From positions 1 through 36,354 of IMG/VR virus record IMGVR_UViG_3300026105_000003: a stretch of 36,354 nt of DNA. The stretch is one strand, 5' to 3'. The notes beneath the pieces were generated by a model. That model saw only the letters and a list, made by a program, of their open reading frames with translations, searched no databases and was not told the origin of the DNA. Made by a program: the position numbers and the translations under genes. This DNA comes from a virus (Duplodnaviria > Caudoviricetes). Positions within the stretch are counted from its first letter, which is position 1. Each line of letters begins with the position of its first letter. This document shows positions 9,624 through 15,957 of this stretch, in pieces.

Positions 9624-10103
9624 TTAACTCCAGAATTCTGATTCGTAGGATTCTATAGGCTCTCCATACCACATTGCAATCACAGGCGAAATGGTATCTA
9701 CCCACTCCATGCCGTAGAGCTTATATGCAAAGTAGCAGAAAAGATCAAAAAAACCTGCTCGGTAAACATACGCGACAGCTTTGTTCTCAGGTGTTGCATC
9801 TTTGTTTTGCTCAATAGCATTCGATGCTCGCCACTTGGCGTACTGCACTCTTGCTAGAGCAACAGCCCCAGCATCCCACAACCACGACTCGCTTATCTCA
9901 AACAGCGCACTAGAAAAAGCAGCGTTGATCTGCTCGGTTGTTACAGAGTCACGATCTACTAAATCATCCCAAACGTGAATTACCTTAAGCAGCTCCAAGC
10001 TAACCCGCGTAGCCTCAGCATCATCTTTGTATATAAACTTAAAGAGCTCCAGAAAACTATCAATGAATTCTGGCTTAAGTGATTTTTCTAAGCCGCCGTC
10101 CAT
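9624..10103 (-). CDS. Hypothetical alpha-helical protein with DDxxD motif (isoprenoid synthase-like?)
   Basis: HVWDDLVDRD motif; visibly AT-richer than flanking genes. Start is ATG 10103 or GTG 10112, overlapping the end of terL. Confidence 0.6.
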   Translation of the reverse strand: MDGGLEKSLKPEFIDSFLELFKFIYKDDAEATRVSLELLKVIHVWDDLVDRDSVTTEQINAAFSSALFEISESWLWDAGAVALARVQYAKWRASNAIEQNKDATPENKAVAYVYRAGFFDLFCYFAYKLYGMEWVDTISPVIAMWYGEPIESYESEFWS

Positions 10104-11563
10104 GCGTTCCACCCCTTGGGCTTGATTGGTTTAGCTTGACCTGGCCGGCCCCAGCGCCTGCCAGCCTTACCAGCAAGTTGCGGCCCCTCATAAACTACCA
10201 GCCCATGCTGTAAAGCGTCATGTACATGAGATTCAAATGTCTTGTTAGGCACATCGCGCGGCTCGCCCGTTTTGTCCTGAGTAACGTAGTGATACCCGCC
10301 CATAAAGCCCTCAAGTAACGTCTGGCATTCGGCGTTGACTAGCATCCCAGGCTTTCCGTCAACCATACGATTGAGAGGACGCCGAACGGCCCCAAGCCGC
10401 GTGTCCAGATCGCTCGGCCCCGCCCGTGGCGTAAAGCCCTCCTTGCGCAGGATCTCAAACGGCGTGGTGGCGTTAACCTGGTTGCGCTGGTTACCCGCGG
10501 GGTCACACCACATATCGTAGCGGTTGTTATCAGGAAATCGCGTGCGCAGAAAATTCTTGAGCTTCTTGGCAAATTCCTCGATGCCCATGTTCTGGCTCAC
10601 CAGCTCGGATAGCACCAGCCACTGGCCCAGCGCGTTCTGCTGGAAAATCACTGCAGCCGGCGTTAGCCCAAAGTCCACCCCGATCGACAGCGGGTTACTA
10701 GGCGAGGGTTCGAGCGGCACCTCAGACTTGTGCACCTTGACGTTAAACTGCGGATAGACAGGCAGCCCATCGCGCCGCGTGCCGTACTCACCGTGCACGT
10801 GCACATTCAGCCAGTCCTCGTCCCGACCAGAAGCTAGCAGAAGCTCGTAATACCCATCGGGCAGGTGCTCTTTGTTCTCCGCAGCGTCTGACATGCCCGA
10901 AGGCTGCTTGTAGAGCATTTTCACCGGTCGCCCAAACTTCTTTGCAAACTCTGCCAGGTTGGCATCGTGCTCCTCGGACTCAAATAGCTTGTGCCAGAAA
11001 GTGCTTACCGCCGGCGGGTTAGTATCCATAATCACCCCCACCCACGTAGGCGGCGCGTCAGACTGTTTTGGATACCGACCAATTCGACCGAGCAGGTTGA
11101 TAAAAATGTCCGGGTTGACCTCACGATACTCGTTAACCCAGGCACCGGTCAGCTCCAGCGAGAGCAGGTTGCGCACGTCCTCGGAGGATTCCAGCGGCCG
11201 GAACATCCACTCACTCTCGACCGTCGTGCCATCAGGCAGCGCGAAACTGAGCATGAAGGTATTGGTCGTTGCGTACCAGCGCCCCGCCAACCCGGGCGGC
11301 AACCAGTCGTGCACCGTCTTAATCGTCGTATCTTTCAACATCCGCACGGTGTTACGTATAATTGCAAAGCGCGTTTTACGAATTCCCTTCTTGTCAGGCT
11401 TTTGCTCGCACGCTCGACGCACCAGCTCCATAGCACACGCAACGGATTTACCCGAGCCCAGCGGGCCCATGAGCCCTCGCACCACGGCGTTGGACTGCAT
11501 GAACTCCGTTGCCACCGGAGACGGGGTGTAATTGATCCCGTTGAACTCCTCAGAATTATTCAT
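10088..11563 (-). CDS. terL: Terminase large subunit
   Basis: Walker A GPLGSGKS, Walker B GAWVNE, coupling motif DTNP, nuclease motifs GVDFG and SHVHDALQ. Confidence 0.95.
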   Translation of the reverse strand: MNNSEEFNGINYTPSPVATEFMQSNAVVRGLMGPLGSGKSVACAMELVRRACEQKPDKKGIRKTRFAIIRNTVRMLKDTTIKTVHDWLPPGLAGRWYATTNTFMLSFALPDGTTVESEWMFRPLESSEDVRNLLSLELTGAWVNEYREVNPDIFINLLGRIGRYPKQSDAPPTWVGVIMDTNPPAVSTFWHKLFESEEHDANLAEFAKKFGRPVKMLYKQPSGMSDAAENKEHLPDGYYELLLASGRDEDWLNVHVHGEYGTRRDGLPVYPQFNVKVHKSEVPLEPSPSNPLSIGVDFGLTPAAVIFQQNALGQWLVLSELVSQNMGIEEFAKKLKNFLRTRFPDNNRYDMWCDPAGNQRNQVNATTPFEILRKEGFTPRAGPSDLDTRLGAVRRPLNRMVDGKPGMLVNAECQTLLEGFMGGYHYVTQDKTGEPRDVPNKTFESHVHDALQHGLVVYEGPQLAGKAGRRWGRPGQAKPIKPKGWNAWTAA

Positions 11564-11985
11564 GTGTTGACCTGGATGTTCACCATAAACGGTGCTGCGT
11601 TGTTATTGCTGTCGCTATCAGTGTTGCTTTTCTCAAGCCCTGCGTACTTGCAGATGTTCTCAATAGCGCGAAGGCGCACCGCTGGCTCCATGCCACGATC
11701 CATGGCAATCGCCGCCGCTTCCTCCACCAGCACCGAGGCGAGTTTTTTGGTCTTAAGCCGCGCTTGCGAGGATTCCTCGTCAATCATCCGCCGATAGGCA
11801 GACACAGCACGTTTTACCGGGGGCGAACTGGCAACAGCCTCGTACTCCTCAGCAGGCAAGTTGTATTTTTCCTGCAGCTCCTCGGGAGGGTGGTACTCCA
11901 GAGCAATGTCATAGGCAAGCTCCTGCACCCACGTCTGTGGCTTAGCAGGAACCTCGGCCGGCGGTTGGTGTTTAGCTAGATCCAT
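11560..11985 (-). CDS. terS: Terminase small subunit (putative)
   Basis: 141 aa helical protein with 4-bp overlap to terL; C-terminal beta strand (FMVNIQV); first gene of the late arm. Confidence 0.65.
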   Translation of the reverse strand: MDLAKHQPPAEVPAKPQTWVQELAYDIALEYHPPEELQEKYNLPAEEYEAVASSPPVKRAVSAYRRMIDEESSQARLKTKKLASVLVEEAAAIAMDRGMEPAVRLRAIENICKYAGLEKSNTDSDSNNNAAPFMVNIQVNT

Positions 11986-11991
11986 AGGCGC

Positions 11992-12020
11992 CTTATACCA
12001 TCATGAAGCCGAGCCGTAAA
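11992..12020 (-). promoter_or_regulatory. Late-arm promoter (extended -10), probably giving a leaderless terS mRNA
   Basis: TTTACG (12020-12015), 17 bp, TG-G-TATAAG (-10 at 11997-11992), 6 nt, then ATG at 11985. No Shine-Dalgarno. Confidence 0.6.
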
Positions 12021-12103
12021 CGATTTACAAAGTGACAAAGGTACTTGACAGGCAAAACTGAAAATTGGCCTGAGTTGTGTGAGTGGCACGCTAAGGCTGA
12101 GCA

Positions 12104-12167
12104 CGCGCGCGATTTTTGGGGGTACCCCCTGCCAATTAGAAAAAAGAAAAAACGGGGCCGGGGGGTC
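12104..12167. other. Candidate packaging initiation / genome terminus region
   Basis: Perfect palindrome GGGGGTACCCCC (12118-12129), an A-tract and GGGGCCGGGGGG, just upstream of terS. Confidence 0.4.
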
Positions 12168-12275
12168 TAATTGTAAAAGGCGTTTGCCATTTAATTATTA
12201 AAACGCAAAACATCTTTTGCTTTTACTTTGCGAAAGTGTAAATGGAATTGTCTGTAAAAGAGTTTTTACAATAGC

Positions 12276-12526
12276 TAAGTGATTGATTCTGCTGCAATTC
12301 TGGCACAAGTTGGAACAATTGGAACAGCATGTACTAGCATAAGTAATTGATTTCATTAAATTGTTACCATTGTTCCAATTGTTACCATAATTCTAGAGCT
12401 TATATGGGTTTTTGCTTGTAAAAGGTAATAGACAGTTTGCCAATAATGTAAAGCAAAAATATTTTACCTCTGAAAAAACGGTAACAATTGGAACAAGCCG
12501 AACAATCGTTGCGAATCAATAACTTA
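12276..12526. promoter_or_regulatory. Three IHF-consensus sites
   Basis: WATCAANNNNTTR matches: 12276-12288 (minus, AATCAATCACTTA), 12340-12352 (minus, AATCAATTACTTA) and 12514-12526 (plus, AATCAATAACTTA). Confidence 0.7.
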
Positions 12527-12567
12527 TAAGGTAACAAGCGAAATTGTAAATTGGAACAATTGGAACA
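12310..12567. repeat. Iteron-like 9-bp repeats (GGAACAA/GGTAACAA core) in both orientations around an AT-rich spacer; candidate replication origin
   Basis: TTGGAACAATTGGAACA 12310-12326; inverted TTGTTACCATTGTTCCAATTGTTACCA 12361-12387; GGTAACAATTGGAACAAGCCGAACAA 12480-12505; GGTAACAA and TTGGAACAATTGGAACA within 12530-12567. Confidence 0.7.
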
Positions 12568-12594
12568 CGGCGTCACCCCTTTTGGCATTATCTC

Positions 12595-12648
12595 CCTGGT
12601 TAGCGTGCAAGGGGTTGGACACTATGCCTGTTAGCGCCTAAGGGGTTG
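12595..12648 (+). repeat. Imperfect direct repeat GTTAGCG-NNN-AAGGGGTTG (2 copies)
   Basis: Copies at 12595-12617 and 12627-12648; related AAGG(G)GTT(T/A)GAC words near 12729 and 12785. Confidence 0.55.
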
Positions 12649-12735
12649 TGCGTCATCCATGGTGCGGACGTGTACCGTCAAACCCTTGTGACACTAGGCG
12701 CGAGCGCTTGTCATGTTTGATTGTGTCCAAGGTGT

Positions 12736-12765
12736 TTGACATCTGTTGAGGTGGTGTGCAAGACT
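12736..12765 (+). promoter_or_regulatory. Possible early promoter
   Basis: Perfect TTGACA at 12736-12741, weak -10 (AAGACT) at 18 bp spacing, upstream of the first plus-strand gene. Confidence 0.35.
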
Positions 12766-12796
12766 GGCCACGAACTCAACGCAAAAGGGGTTAGAC

Positions 12797-13018
12797 ATGA
12801 CCGACCGAAACCTTACATATCGCGAACAAGTGTTGCTCGATGTTGCGCAGTCCCATGGGCTGTTTCCAAGTGAAGCCAAAGTGCTGCCAGTGTTGCTCGA
12901 TGCAATCGGCCGCAAATTGCAGCTGGACGAAAGCGAAACGCTATGGCACTTGAGCACCAACAAAGAATTGTCAGCATACGCTGCCAGCGTAGCGCGTGAC
13001 GTAGCGTTGACCGGGTAA
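12797..13018 (+). CDS. Early hypothetical protein (73 aa)
   Basis: ATG at 12797 after AAGGGG RBS (MTDRNLTYREQ...). Confidence 0.65.
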   Translation: MTDRNLTYREQVLLDVAQSHGLFPSEAKVLPVLLDAIGRKLQLDESETLWHLSTNKELSAYAASVARDVALTG

Positions 13019-13027
13019 CAAGTAACC

Positions 13028-13047
13028 GGCGGGCCTGCGGGCCCGCC
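13028..13047 (+). other. GC-rich intergenic hairpin with cUGCGg (UNCG) tetraloop, no U-tract
   Basis: GGCGGGCC-TGCG-GGCCCGCC. Confidence 0.6.
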
Positions 13048-13071
13048 CATCCAAAGCATAGGGGCTATGGC

Positions 13072-13275
13072 ATGAAACTGACACTTATTGCAAACATCGA
13101 GGGCAAGGGCATCCGCGCTTGTGTGATCGAGGTGGACACGTTCAACCCGGTGCGATACTTGCGCGATAACCCGCATGTCATTGAGGTGCAGACTGAAGTT
13201 TTCGATCATGATGCGGGCGAGTACGTTACCAGCGCGCCATTGCATCGTGACCAGGTTAACCCGGCTTACTTATAA
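13072..13275 (+). CDS. Early hypothetical protein (67 aa)
   Basis: AGGGG RBS, ATG start, part of a tightly packed plus-strand run. Confidence 0.6.
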   Translation: MKLTLIANIEGKGIRACVIEVDTFNPVRYLRDNPHVIEVQTEVFDHDAGEYVTSAPLHRDQVNPAYL

Positions 13276-13283
13276 GGGGCGGA

Positions 13284-13454
13284 ATGATGACATATAGCGA
13301 AAGTGCCGAGGGAATCACGATCACGCGAAAGCGTGCCATTGTTGAATTGAAGCGCCACGGGGTGCCGGCCAGTGAATGGCCGATGTTCTACCGCGAAATG
13401 GGCTACGCGCCTGAATATGCCGCCAGTGACGTGCTGGCATGGCTGGGATACTAG
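13284..13454 (+). CDS. Early hypothetical protein (56 aa, not in ORF track)
   Basis: MMTYSESAEGITITRKRAIVELKRHG...DVLAWLGY; AAGGGG RBS; fills the gap between neighbours. Confidence 0.7.
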   Translation: MMTYSESAEGITITRKRAIVELKRHGVPASEWPMFYREMGYAPEYAASDVLAWLGY

Positions 13455-13465
13455 GAGAAGCAATC

Positions 13466-13891
13466 ATGATTAAGGAAAACATTCTTGAGACGCTCGAAAC
13501 ATTCGTGAACAAGCGCCCGGGCCTGGAGCCTGCAAATTATGCCGGCCGGCCGGATCTGTACCGGCAGGACTATCGTGAAGGTTGCCTGCAGCCGTTGCAG
13601 GACTTTCGCAAGCTGGTTGCGGCCGTGCGGTGGCGCGATAGCTTGAGCGCGGATGACCTGCGCGAAGCGTTCCGCCGGGCCTTTGGCGGCCGCCTTAGCT
13701 TGCGCGATGATGGCTCGCTTGAATATACCCCGGGCCAGTATGGCGCGGTAGAGTATCGGCGGGCCGCTTGCGCGGTGCTGGCAGATGCGTTGTGGAATCA
13801 TTGGGCGGTGAATACGCCGCTCGCGAGTTTTCGAGCAGTAACAGCCCGTCAGGAGCTAGGCCGGGGCGTTGCCCGCCGGTGGTTTAATTAG
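13466..13891 (+). CDS. Early hypothetical protein (141 aa)
   Basis: AGGAG RBS before ATG 13466 (MIKENILETL...RPGLEPANY...GQYGAVEYRRAAC). Confidence 0.75.
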   Translation: MIKENILETLETFVNKRPGLEPANYAGRPDLYRQDYREGCLQPLQDFRKLVAAVRWRDSLSADDLREAFRRAFGGRLSLRDDGSLEYTPGQYGAVEYRRAACAVLADALWNHWAVNTPLASFRAVTARQELGRGVARRWFN

Positions 13892-13954
13892 CCGAAACGC
13901 CCCAGCTGGGGCGTCTGGCCGGGATTGTCTCCGGTCACTGATGAGGCAGACAAC
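13891..13954 (+). ncRNA. Hammerhead ribozyme, type II, with pseudoknot
   Basis: GCC-GAAA-[CGCCCC-AGCU-GGGGCG]-UC^-[UGGCCGG...CCGGUCA]-CUGAUGA-GGC. Complete core; GUC cleavage triplet at 13913-13915; stem I loop UUGUCU pairs with downstream AGACAA. Confidence 0.9.
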
Positions 13955-13969
13955 ATGAGGGAAGCAACA

Positions 13970-14218
13970 ATGGCTAAGGTTGAGACGATGGAAGTGATTG
14001 CGCCCGCGCCATGGGCCACGGCGTTATTATATGGCGATTTTTCTGGACTTATTGATGACGCGGAATGTGAGCGCGTGGAGGCGTTCATGCGTGAATTACC
14101 CGGCCCGGTGGTAGACGTGGAAGGCGAACCGGAGTTCCGCACCGCATTCGGCACCGATACGCCGGATGAATTAGCGGGTGATTTTCTCACTTATACCGTT
14201 CACGTACTGGAGAATTGA
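13970..14218 (+). CDS. Early hypothetical acidic protein (82 aa)
   Basis: GAGGG RBS, ATG 13970; W-A-x-A-L-x-x-G-D-x-S-G-L motif familiar from phage early proteins. Confidence 0.7.
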   Translation: MAKVETMEVIAPAPWATALLYGDFSGLIDDAECERVEAFMRELPGPVVDVEGEPEFRTAFGTDTPDELAGDFLTYTVHVLEN

Positions 14219-14221
14219 GCA

Positions 14222-14896
14222 ATGACTGACAAAACACTGGCGGCGTTCGCCGCTGATATCGAGCGCGATGGTGTACGTAAGTACAAGAAAGCCGAAGCGC
14301 AAAACGCCCTGAAGGTGATCTTCGAGGATCACGCGGAGCAGCTATCCGATGACGCGCTGTTTCACTTGGGCCAGCTATACCGTCATTTCATGCCACCGGC
14401 ACCGCGTGCAGCGAAAACCCTGGAGCAATGGGTGGCGAAGGCGGCCGGCAAAAAAGACGTCCGTTACTATCTCAATTATGTATACGCGGATCCGGCCGGG
14501 TACCTGGTCGCAACCAATGGCCACCGTATGCACGTGATTGACTTGCCCGAAGGGATGCAGCCGGGCTATTACTGCCCGAAAACGCTGGAATGGCTCCACG
14601 ATGCCGAAGAATGGCGCTATCCTGATTGGCAACGGATTACGCCGCGGCCGGGCACGTTACCGCTGCAGCGCCTGGACGTTAGCACCTGGGCGGTGGATGA
14701 AATACAGGGGAAGGCAGTGTATCGGATGCCCGATGGCGTGGCGCTCAATAAGCAATACGTGGACGATGCGCTGGCCATGCCTGGCGAAGGCATGGCGCAA
14801 TTCTACCGCGAACAGGGCAACGAAAACGCGCCGGTGCTGTTTATGGGCACTGACTTGGAGCGCCCGCGGGCCGTCATCATGGTGATGCGCGGCTGA
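14222..14896 (+). CDS. DNA polymerase III beta-clamp-like protein (partial homolog)
   Basis: DVRYYLNYV...LVATNGHRM and YPDWQRI resemble DnaN central-domain motifs (D-x-R-Y-Y-L-N-G, V-A-T-D-G-H-R-L, F-P-D-Y-x-R-V). Confidence 0.65.
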   Translation: MTDKTLAAFAADIERDGVRKYKKAEAQNALKVIFEDHAEQLSDDALFHLGQLYRHFMPPAPRAAKTLEQWVAKAAGKKDVRYYLNYVYADPAGYLVATNGHRMHVIDLPEGMQPGYYCPKTLEWLHDAEEWRYPDWQRITPRPGTLPLQRLDVSTWAVDEIQGKAVYRMPDGVALNKQYVDDALAMPGEGMAQFYREQGNENAPVLFMGTDLERPRAVIMVMRG

Positions 14897-14905
14897 GACT
14901 AACGC

Positions 14906-14935
14906 GCCCGCTGCTACGGTGGCGGGCCTTTTATT
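14906..14935 (+). terminator. Rho-independent terminator
   Basis: GCCCGCTGC-TACG-GTGGCGGGC followed by CTTTTATT. Confidence 0.65.
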
Positions 14936-14945
14936 GGAGAATGAC

Positions 14946-15056
14946 ATGACGCCGAAACAATACGAGGACCGCGTGCGTGAATTGGAAGCCGAAGGTCTGA
15001 CCCGCTCGGATGCGCAGGGTGTAGCAGATGCCGAAGCAATGCAGGAGACCAAGTAA
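14946..15056 (+). CDS. Small hypothetical protein (36 aa, not in track)
   Basis: MTPKQYEDRVRELEAEGLTRSDAQGVADAEAMQETK; GGAG RBS; TAATG coupling to the next gene. Confidence 0.65.
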   Translation: MTPKQYEDRVRELEAEGLTRSDAQGVADAEAMQETK

Positions 15057-15241
15057 TGACTGAGCGTTTATTGATAGGCGCAATCCTGGCCGCGTGCCTG
15101 GCTGCGTTGTATGTAACAGCGCCTGAGCAGAGTGAAGCCGAGCGGCAAGCCGAGGAATATTGCGAAATGGTGGAGATCTGGGACAAGACTAACGGGGACG
15201 CCGGATGGCCCCCGTATAAAGGACGTGAGGGGTGCGAGTGA
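15056..15241 (+). CDS. Small membrane-anchored hypothetical protein
   Basis: N-terminal hydrophobic helix; YCEMV..W...G..GWP.Y....C; coupled at both ends. Confidence 0.7.
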   Translation: MTERLLIGAILAACLAALYVTAPEQSEAERQAEEYCEMVEIWDKTNGDAGWPPYKGREGCE

Positions 15242-15483
15242 TGCGATTCGATGTTGAGGTTGACTTCGCAACGGTGACCGTTGAGGTGCTGCATTACAAC
15301 CCGGGCGCGGATATGATTCAGACCGGCATGGGCATGGGCGATTGTATCGAGCCGGAGGACGAGGACTTGGAGTTTGAGATTCTGTCGCACAACGGTGGCG
15401 CGGATCTGCTAGACCAGGAGATTGACGCCCTTCATGACAAGGTTCTGGACATTATGCGCCAGCCGGAGGATTACGATGCTTGA
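15241..15483 (+). CDS. Acidic hypothetical protein (80 aa)
   Basis: TGATG coupling at 15241; very D/E-rich. Confidence 0.65.
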   Translation: MRFDVEVDFATVTVEVLHYNPGADMIQTGMGMGDCIEPEDEDLEFEILSHNGGADLLDQEIDALHDKVLDIMRQPEDYDA

Positions 15484-15823
15484 GAATAGACTGGACAATG
15501 CCTATGTGCTCGAACTTGAGCAGCGTGAAGCCGAGCCCGAGCGGGTGTTGATCGCGCAAGTGTTAAACCGTGCCCTTATGGATGCGTGCGACCAGCGTGG
15601 ACAGCGCCCAGGACGCCGGCAGGTCTGCCAAACTTCACCGAGCCCGGAGCGCAAGTTTCGGGCCTATCAGTGGGTGATGAGCGATGACGCTGCGCCGATG
15701 TCATGCCGGTGGATCTGCGACATGCTGGGGCTGGACGTGGACGTTGTGCGCGAGCAGGTGCAAGCAAACCCAAAACATATCCACCATATCCTTTACCAGA
15801 TGCATCAGCCGGGGAGGGCGTGA
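15476..15823 (+). CDS. Hypothetical phage protein (115 aa)
   Basis: GGAGG RBS before ATG 15476; E..L..QV..RA..D...A..W...C..LG.D pattern. Confidence 0.65.
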   Translation: MLENRLDNAYVLELEQREAEPERVLIAQVLNRALMDACDQRGQRPGRRQVCQTSPSPERKFRAYQWVMSDDAAPMSCRWICDMLGLDVDVVREQVQANPKHIHHILYQMHQPGRA

Positions 15824-15957
15824 TGACTGACCGTGAGCGATTCGAGGATATACTGCGCCGGATTCGCCGGGGCATGGCTACAACCCAGGACGCCGATGCG
15901 CTCAAGGCCATGATGCACGAGGCATGGGCGAGGAATAAGCGGGAGCAGCGGGGATGA
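15823..15957 (+). CDS. Small hypothetical protein (44 aa)
   Basis: MTDRERFEDILRR...; TGATG coupling upstream and ATGA overlap with the polymerase gene. Confidence 0.55.
   Translation: MTDRERFEDILRRIRRGMATTQDADALKAMMHEAWARNKREQRG

Noticed and set aside
12310-12567. Repeats as a CRISPR array
   Set aside because: Units are 9 bp, tandem and in both orientations, without unique spacers.
12400-12588. 62-aa minus-strand ORF with repeated CSNC
   Set aside because: Translation artefact of the iteron repeats in the non-coding control region.
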